Below, one piece after another: positions 55,741 to 64,000 of a stretch of DNA of 64,000 nucleotides. The stretch comes from Amphiscolops sp. MND2022 (lineage: Eukaryota), in contig OZ076409.1 in NCBI GenBank assembly GCA_964187785.1, positions 73,224,001 through 73,288,000 of the forward strand, in the 5' to 3' direction. The notes under the pieces were generated by a model. That model saw nothing but the letters and a program-made list of their open reading frames with translations, did not search any database and was not told the DNA's origin. The translations under genes were made by a program, and so were the position numbers. Each line of letters begins with the position of its first letter. Position 1 is the stretch's first letter.

Positions 55741-57018
55741 GTGGTCGTTAGCATGGGATTTTCTTTATGAGCGTAGTCCACTTTTTTTAGGCCGGGGTAG
55801 GGTCCCGGGCCGTTACCAATTTCTTACGGAGGAAAAATGTGAAAATCTGCGAGTTTAAAAAATTGGCCCGTACGATTTGGCTGAAAATTGGCATACAGCA
55901 TCGTCTTGGTAAACAAATGACTTTGTCCTAGTGACATTTTGCCCAGAAAATTCAAAAAGTTGGTCAAATTGAAAATTTTTTGACCGTCTAAGGCTAAAAT
56001 TTGACTTTTTCGCTTTTTTTGGTCAATTTCCTCAGAACTGGTTGATTTTGGTGAAGTAAGTCATGAGAGGTTATAAGGTCTGCAAATAGCCATCAATTGG
56101 CTTGCATAATCAGATTTTGTCAAAAGTGTTTAGTTTTTTCAAAATTTCACACTTTTTTTTCATTTCAGTGTTTTTTGATACAATTTATTGAATTTTTACT
56201 AAGTTCCACTAAATATTTTTAAAATGTTTTTAAAAAACCTTTTTTTGCACGTTTTTGATGTTTTTTGCTCTCCCATATAGGTTTTCGCATACGGGGAACC
56301 TGAATCTGACAACGAAATAATTTTATTCCGCAGTTCAACTTACGCCATTTTTAATAGTGAAAAATCACTCATTTTCAATCTAACGAGTGAAAATATCAGA
56401 ATTTAAAAACCTAAAGTTGAGTTTAAGGCGACTTACAGGTAGAAACAAATGCTCAGAAACAAACTGATTTCTTGTATTAGCTAAAGAAAGCCTTCAAAAT
56501 TCTTTTTACTTTCTTTAAATCAAAATTCGACACTTTCCATGAAATTTGTCAGTGGAAAAAATTTATCATTTTTTAAATTAAAAACTTGCTTTGTTGGTCA
56601 TTTCCGTTAGTCATTAGTAGCTGTGTAATGCTCCAAAGCCTTTCAAGTTCTTTTGACCCTATTTGAAAACTTTTGATACTGCATAATCAATCCGAGAGAA
56701 CGAAACAGTTGTGTACATTCCATCTCCCTCTTGGGGGAGATGAGAATGTACTTCCTAAAGTCCAGGTACTACAGATCATATTTGGTTTTATGCGACGCCC
56801 TCTATGCTAGTGCATATAAATACAAGTTGTTTGGCTGGATTTTGCTTCTGACTTGACGTATACTGTACGTTTGGTACTGACAATACCCATCATTTACATA
56901 ACAAACGTCAACGCCACATACCCTTACCAACGCCCATAGTCCGTAGGCATGCCGAGGCATGCCTTTCGACGACGCGCGCCAAACACAAGCGCGCCCGCAC
57001 TTTTGCGGTAGCGGCTAG
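55741..57018 (+). mobile_element. Unit 19: 1.3-kb class (1278 bp), distant relative of unit 13
   Basis: Starts GTGGTCGTTAGCAT, with H1 at 56713-56751 and the palindrome variant AGGCATGCCGAGGCATGCCT. Confidence 0.72.
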
Positions 57019-59001
57019 GTGGGCGGGGGTAATTCCCCAACAAAAATTACGGCCGGCGGGTTGGGTCCTGCCGGACGTCAAATAGCAGAAAATACCTATT
57101 AGGAATCGGCGACACAAAATCGCTATTTTTAAATCTAACCACAATTTTTTGGACTTGGAGTGCATGCGGCCCTGAAATGCCCATACGAATCGAAGTTCCT
57201 GCTGACGTTAAGCGATTGAAATAATATATAAAAAGTTATGGCCCATTTTTCACTCACAAAGAAGGGTAAAATGAGGAAATTTTTAACAAAGTCGCTGATA
57301 ACTCAAAATGTGTTAATTTTTGGACATTGACTGTGAAACAAGCTGGGAACCTTCATTTCGTGGCTGTGGCATTGCACTGAACACAAAAGATGTAAAGTTT
57401 TTACATTTTTTGAAAATTCGAAATTTTTGAAATTTTTTTCACTACTATCAGTACCCCATATGTCAAAAACGCCTCAGAAAAAATTTTTTATTTGCTTTAA
57501 ATTGGAAACCTTGGTATCCATGGTTTCTGTCGGATCCTACTCGCAGTCAAACACCCAACAGTTTGCATCCAATGTGAATTAAAAATTTTTTTCGGGGTCA
57601 TAAGCGTTTCACAAGGATTTCTCAACTTAGTTTCAATTTACAAATTGGTCACATTGAACACATTATTTTCATCGAAGCGCGTCAGATACCGCCCTAAAGC
57701 TCACGAACGGTCCTACTGGCAACGTAGCAACCATTTATAGTAATATAAAAGATTAAAAAAATTTTTTCACCCGGTCTTCAGTCATTTTTCAGTCATTCGG
57801 AACTTAACTTAGAAAAATTTCGACCAAAATACCCATTTTTTGTCAGTTCGAAAAATCAAATTCAGATTTTAAAGCAAAATTATTAATTCTGACGTAACTC
57901 ATGGGGCCCATGATACTCAAAACAACGATTGACACTGGTATCAATGGCTCCAATAACATATGAGTCGCGATCGGACGTTATTTTGAGCAATACGTCTCAA
58001 TTGAGGTAAAGATATCGCAAGCCAGCGATCACTGTCAAATGTGATTTCATCAAAAATTTACTCATTTTTGTCAATCACTATGTGCACAGAATGCGTAGGG
58101 TGCGTTTCAGCACTATAATGAGGTTTTTGAAGGCATCGAGTTGCTCAAAGGATGGTATGAGACATTTTTGTCCCATATACTACTGTATTTTCCAAAATTT
58201 TTAGCCCAATATCTGGAAATACAAACTTGACAAAATACTTTCAACTACTTTATTCAAAGGTTACAATATAGATGAACACTGTGGTTGATCAGAAACTTTC
58301 ATCTCTTTCGTTTTCCGAAATATTTCCCTTCGTATGTGTTACATTTGTAGCAGAAAAAAAATCGAAACTGAAAATACGCTATTTTGCTAATATGGAATCG
58401 CAATGATTGTGCCTAAAAACTTTCTAAATACTTCTAACGCAACTGTACAGACCCAAAATGATTGAAAATGCCATTCACAATGCTGACATGTGCTCTTTCT
58501 ACGATCCTAACTGGACAAGTTTTGCATATTTTTCAAGTACCTGTTAACTGAATCTCGTGATAGCCTTTTAAGTTGGCCTTGTGTCAACTTGGGAAGGCTA
58601 TCACATCAAAAAACCATCAACAAAAATAATTTTTGTTTATTGGATCTTACAGTTGATACTTTTTTTCGTGATTCTATACTACCGTTAGTATATTTCATCA
58701 GGTCACCTTACGATTGCATTCAGTCTTTGATAAAAACCTATGAACTCAAAGTCACATTTATATATTTTTTTGCCAAAAAAAAACATCAAAAATATCTAAA
58801 ATATATAAAATAGAGTCTTTAACATTTTTACATTTCAAGTTTCTGCCGTTATTAGGCCAATCAACGTCCTAGAGCCACATCCTGTCATACTGTACAACGC
58901 CACATAGTGTTGCGACGTGCATAGTCTGTGGGCATGCCGAGGCATGCCCTTCGACGACGTATGCCGAATACCGCGGGCCTACGCCCGCGCTCCCCGGCTA
59001 G
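57019..59001 (+). mobile_element. Unit 20: 2-kb class, family S (1983 bp)
   Basis: Junction-bounded, with H2 at 58559-58602. Confidence 0.75.
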
Positions 59002-60984
59002 GTGGGCGGGGGTAATTCCCCAACAAAAATTACGGCCGGCGGGTCGGGTCCTGCCGGACGTCAAATAGTGTGAAACATCCAGTAGGAAACGGCGACATAA
59101 ATCAGCGATTTTAAAATTTAACCGTTAGAATTCGGACTTGGAGTGCATGCGGCCCCAAAATGCCCATACGAATCGAAGTTCCTGCTGACGTTAAGCGATA
59201 AAAACACTTTATAAAAAGTTATGGCCCATTTTACGTTCACTTAGAGAGGTAAAATGAGGAAAATTTTAACAAAGTTGCTGATAACTCAAAATACAATAAT
59301 TTTTGGCTTTTGACTGTGAAACAAGCTTAGAACCTTCATTTCGTGGCCGTGGCATTGCATTGAACACAAAAGATGTAAATTTTTTAAATTTTTTGAAAAT
59401 TCGACATTTTTGATTTTTTTTTCACTACTATCAGTACCCGATATGTCAAAAACACCTCAGAAAAACATTTTTATTTGCTTTAAATTGGAAACCTTGGTTT
59501 CCATGGTTTCTGTCGGAACCTACTCGCAGCCAAACACTCAACAGTTTGCATCCAATTTGAAAATAAAATTTTTTTCGGGGTCATAAGCGTTTCACAAGGA
59601 TTTCTCAACTTAGTATTAATTTACAAAATGGTCATTTTGAACACAATATTTTCATCGAGGCTTGTCGGCTATAGCCTTAATATTCTAGAACGGTCCCACT
59701 GGCAACGTAGGAACCATTTATAGTAATAGAAAGTATTTAAAAAATATTTTCACCCGGTCTTCAGTCATTTTTCAGTCATTCGGAACTTAACTTAGAAAAA
59801 TTTCGACCAAAATACCCATTTTTTGTCAGGTCGAAAATTCAAAATCAGATTTTTAAGCAAAATTATTAACTCTGACGTAACCCATGGGGCCCATGATACT
59901 CAAAACAACGATTGACACTGGTATCAATGGCTCCAATAACATATGAGTCGCGATAAGACGTTATTTTGAGCAATACGTCTCAATTGAGGTAAAGATCTCG
60001 CAAGCCAGCGATCACTGTGAAATGTGATTTCATAAAAAATTTACTCATTTTTGTCAATCACTATGTGCACAGAATGCGTAGGGTGCGTTTCAGCACTATA
60101 ATGAGGTTTTTGAAGGCATCGAGTTGCTCAAAGGATGGTATGAGACATTTTTGTCCCATATACTACTGTATTTTCCAAAATTTTTAGCCCAATATCTGGA
60201 AATACAAACTTGACAAAATACTTTCAACTACTTTATTCAAAGGTTACAATATAGATGAACACTGTGGTTGATCAGAAACTTTCATCTCTTTCGTTTTCCG
60301 AAATATTTCCCTTCGCATGTGTTACATTTGTAGCAGAAAAAAAATCGAAACTGAAAAATACGCTATTTTGCTAATATGGAATCGCAATGATTGTGCCTAA
60401 AAACTTTTTAAATACTTCTAACGCAACTGTACAGACCCAAAATGATTGAAAATGCCATTCACAATGCAGACATGTGCTCTTTCTACGATCCTAACTGGAC
60501 AAGTTTTGCATATTTTTCAAGTACCTGTTAACTGAATCTCGTGATAGCCTTTTAAGTTGGCCTTGTGTCAACTTGGGAAGGCTATCACATCAAAAAATTT
60601 TCAACAAAAATACCTTTTGTTTATTGGAAATGACAGTCGATATATAATTTCGTGATTCTATACTACCGTTAGTACCTTCCATTAAGTCACCTGACGATTG
60701 CATTCAGTCTTTGATAAATACCTATGAACTCGAAGTCATATTTATAATTTTTGTGCTAAAAATAAACATCAAAATTATCCAATTTATTTAAAATTGAGTC
60801 TTTACCGTTTTTGTTTTACTTTTTCTACTGTTATTAGGCTCATCAACTTCCTACAGCCACGCTCTCTGTCATTAGTACAACGCCACATAGTGTTGCGACG
60901 TGCACGGTCTGTGGGCATGCCGAGGCATGCCCTTCGACGACGTATGCCGAATACCGCGGGCCTACGCCCGCGCTCCCCGGCTAG
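59002..60984 (+). mobile_element. Unit 21: 2-kb class, family S (1983 bp)
   Basis: Junction-bounded, with H2 at 60543-60586. Confidence 0.75.
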
Positions 60985-62958
60985 GTGCGGGGGGGTAACC
61001 CCTACAAAGATATTGGAGGATTCGGGTAGGGTCCTGAATCCGAGTTCAGTGCTGCCAGCTATCGTTAGGGATTTTAGAAAATTTTGCCGATCTCGTGATC
61101 TAACCGTAGGATTTTAAAGTTGGAGCGGCCCCCACCAGATTTTCCAAAGTTATTCGCCCCCCACCGGGTTCCAGCGTGATTGAAATATTTTGACGGGGTA
61201 CACGGGCGACCGTTAGGGGTCATTTTGGGGGTAAAATTTATATCCGGTCGCATAACTTTTTTCCTGTTGGTTTAAAACTTTGGGACCCTGCTAAAAGTTT
61301 CTTGACCGTGTTGCAGTGGCTCCGGAGGTCCAAACCAAATTTTTCTATCTTGAAGCTATCTCCAAGTACCCCCCCGCCCAAACCGTTATTTTTCCGGAAA
61401 CGCAGGTTTTTGACCCGGAAGGAGTCGTCTGAGCGCGGGGTCGTTAGGTGATGTATTGGGGACGGCCTTGAGACGAAGCGGGGGACATGTAGTTTGCCGA
61501 CCCCTGTTTACCCCCCGGACGGGAAATGACCGTTATTTGAGCGGGAAAAATGCCCCCCTCCACGTTTTACCGCTATTTCCGGTGTGAAGGAGTGGGAGTA
61601 GCGCGTCGGGTGTTATATAACAAAAGTAGGTTTAGACAAGGACCAATCGGAAACATGTGGTTTGGGACCCCCAGGCCCAACCCGTTAGCGGGAAATGGGG
61701 CTTCCGCCTCCTTTTTTTACTGCTAAAACCTTAAAATGGGCATTGAGGGGTAAATATCTCGTGAACGCGTGGAGCTACGGTGTCCATCACTACTACAAGG
61801 TTTCATACCCATGATATGGTGCCTTCAGGGGGGCAAACAGATTTCCGCTATCTATCGCCGTTACCGACTTGGCCCCCCAGCCTAACCGCTATGTGACCGG
61901 AAATGTCACTTTTTGAGCCCAAAGGGTCGGTCCCAGCCAGGGAACGTTAGGTAACTTATTGTACTACTCAATGAGACGAGTTGGGGGACATAGTTTCAGT
62001 CACCCCCCGTTACCCCTTGGGACCGGAAATGACCGTTATGTGGGTAAAATTGCAATATATGTACTTTTTAAAGGACTTTTAGATGCGGAAGGAGTGGTAA
62101 TAGGTGCTTGGACACTATATGATGATAGGGAGGACGTGAGGCGAGCATTCGGAAATAACCGTTATGTTGACCCTGAAGTCCCCCTGGTACCGGAAGTGAC
62201 CCGTAATGGTCAAATTTTGTGTTTAAAGGGTACAAATGTTTGGTGTTTTTTGGATAACAGTACCTATTAGGTGTTTCGACGGTCTGCAGTCGTGAACATA
62301 GTCATGAAACCTTGTGGGGGGTAACGGTATATAGCACCTTAAGTGCAAACCGTTGGAGACAGGATAAGTTTTTTGGTTTTAAAATGTCTTTCGGCCTACT
62401 TTTGTTGACTATTATGGACTATTTTTGAAAAAAAAAGTTTTTCCATATAGTTTCAGAGACTCCGAAACCTCAACCAACATAACCGTTACCTTATGATAGC
62501 CTTTCAAGTTGGCCTGGTGTCAACTTGGAAGGGCTATCCTTCAAAAATCATTAATCAAGTGTGTTTTTGAGTATGTTTGTTTTACTTTAGAATCAATTAG
62601 AGCTTCAAGAAAAGTTTGCCAACGATAAAAACTATGTCGTGATGATTCCGTTATTAGAATAATAGTTAACAAAATATTGATAAAGTTGATTTTTTACATT
62701 TCAAATGTGTCCTAAATGCCAGAAAAACTCTTTACCAAACAAATGGTATTGATTGGATTGTATATAACAGCTAATAAAAGTTCAAATTGAATATTACGTT
62801 TCATTATGGAAGCTGAAACGTCAAATTATAGTTTAATTAACGTCAACGCCACATACTTTACATCAACGCCCACCGTCTGTGGGCATGCCGAGGCATGCCC
62901 TTCGACGACGTATACCAAATTCCTCCAACACAACACCCTCGAGCGCGGTAGCAGCTAG
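60985..62958 (+). mobile_element. Unit 22: 2-kb class, family D (1974 bp)
   Basis: Diverged homologue of unit 10, with H2 at 62495-62538. Confidence 0.75.
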
Positions 62959-64000
62959 GTGGGCGGGGGTAATTCCCCTTCAAAAAATTCGGCCGGCGGG
63001 TTGGGTCCTGCCGGACGTCAAATAGTGTGAAACATCCAGTAGGAAACGGCGACATAAATCAGCGATTTTAAAATTTAACCGTTAGAATTCGGACTTGGAG
63101 TGCATGCGGCCCCAAAATGCCCATACGAATCGAAGTTCCTGCTGACGTTAAGCGATAAAAACACTTTATAAAAAGTTATGGCCCATTTTACGTTCACTTA
63201 GAGAGGTAAAATGAGGAAAATTTTAACAAAGTTGCTGATAACTCAAAATACATTAGTTTTTGGACTTTGACTGTGAAACAAGCTTGGAACCTTCATTTCG
63301 TGGCTGTGGCATTGCACTGAACACAAAAGATGTGAAATTTTCACATTTTTTGAAAATTCGACATTTTTTGATTTTTTTTTCACTACTATCAGTACACTAT
63401 ATGTCAAAAACACCTCTGAAAAAATTTTTATTTGCTCAAATTTAGAAACCTCGGTATCCATGGTTTCCGTCAGTACCTACTCGCTGCAAAACGCTCAACA
63501 GTTTGCATCCAATGTGAAAATAAAATTTTTTTGGAGGTCTTAGGTGTTTCACAAGGATTTCTCAACTTAGTATCAATTTACAAATTGGTCATTTTGAACA
63601 CATTATTTCCATCGAAGCTTGTCGGCTATAGCCTTAATGTTCTAGAACGGTCTCACTGGCAACGTAGGAACCATTTATAGTAATAGAAAGTTTTAAAAAA
63701 ATTTTTTCACCCGGTCTTCAGTCATTTTTCAGTCATTCGGAACTTAACTTAGAAAAATTTCGACCAAAATACCCATTTTTTGTCAGGTCGAAAAATCAAA
63801 TTCAACTTTTTAAGCAAAATTATTAACTCTGACGTAACCCATGGGGCCCATGATACTCAAAACAACGATTGACACTGGTATCAGTGGCTCCAATAACATT
63901 TGAGTTGCGATAAGACGTTACTTTGAGCAATACGTCTCAATTGAGGTAAAGATCTCGCAAGCCAGCGATCACTGTGAAATGTGATTTCATCAAAAATTTA
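62959..64000 (+). mobile_element. Unit 23: S/long-type 5' body (3'-truncated by window)
   Basis: Starts GTGGGCGGGGGTAATTCCCC after the junction at 62958. Its size class cannot be determined. Confidence 0.7.

Larger units (their letters stand above)
1..64000 (+). repeat. Heterogeneous head-to-tail array of non-autonomous Helitron-like/HUH-like modular elements (22 complete + 2 partial units)
   Basis: There are 23 GCTAG|GTG junctions. The CTAG ends at 4006, 8775, 13538, 18299, 20287, 25048, 27033, 31797, 33793, 35780, 37751, 39740, 41727, 43028, 47791, 49788, 51771, 53754, 55740, 57018, 59001, 60984 and 62958. Each is preceded by the same conserved terminal module, and no host DNA lies between units. 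The array is seen directly; the Helitron-like class is inferred from hairpin + CTAG. Confidence 0.9.

Noticed and set aside
61959..62270. Family D ORF (103 aa; 74 aa at 36768-36992)
   Set aside because: It is truncated by a stop in the other copy and shows no recognisable homology; it is probably a chance ORF in GC-richer sequence.
3894..62961. CRISPR array interpretation of the recurring palindromic module
   Set aside because: Repeats are >100 bp, the intervening segments are 1.2-4.7 kb and mutually homologous, and there are no cas genes.
1..64000. Transposase, RepHel/HUH, recombinase, reverse transcriptase or capsid gene
   Set aside because: The longest ORF is 147 aa and I recognised no catalytic motifs. 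Any helper must lie outside the window; a translated profile search could still reveal decayed remnants.

Overview
The window is essentially non-coding, AT-rich and most likely eukaryotic. It is a gap-free head-to-tail array of 22 complete and 2 partial modular DNA units, all in one orientation. Every one of the 23 junctions contains the invariant 8-mer GCTAG|GTG. Each unit ends in a conserved ~105-115 bp module: CAACGCCACATA, CRACGCC, a 20-bp palindrome GGGCATGCC-GA-GGCATGCCC that matches the p53-family consensus at 19/20, TTCGACGACG, a variable GC-rich hairpin and CTAG. This resembles a Helitron/HUH rolling-circle 3' end. Each unit starts with GTG (not the canonical Helitron TC) and a subterminal hairpin with a conserved loop and covarying stem. 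The units belong to at least three internally dissimilar families yet fall into three narrow size classes: 1278-1301, 1971-1997 and 4761-4769 bp. Each unit carries one internal ~43-44 nt bulged hairpin whose sequence type tracks size class. Unit order is shuffled, and near-identical units have different neighbours, with crossovers confined to GCTAGGTG. My inference is a cassette array of non-autonomous, length-constrained mobile elements that integrate site-specifically at each other's junction, mobilised in trans by a helper not present here. No credible protein-coding or RNA gene was found.
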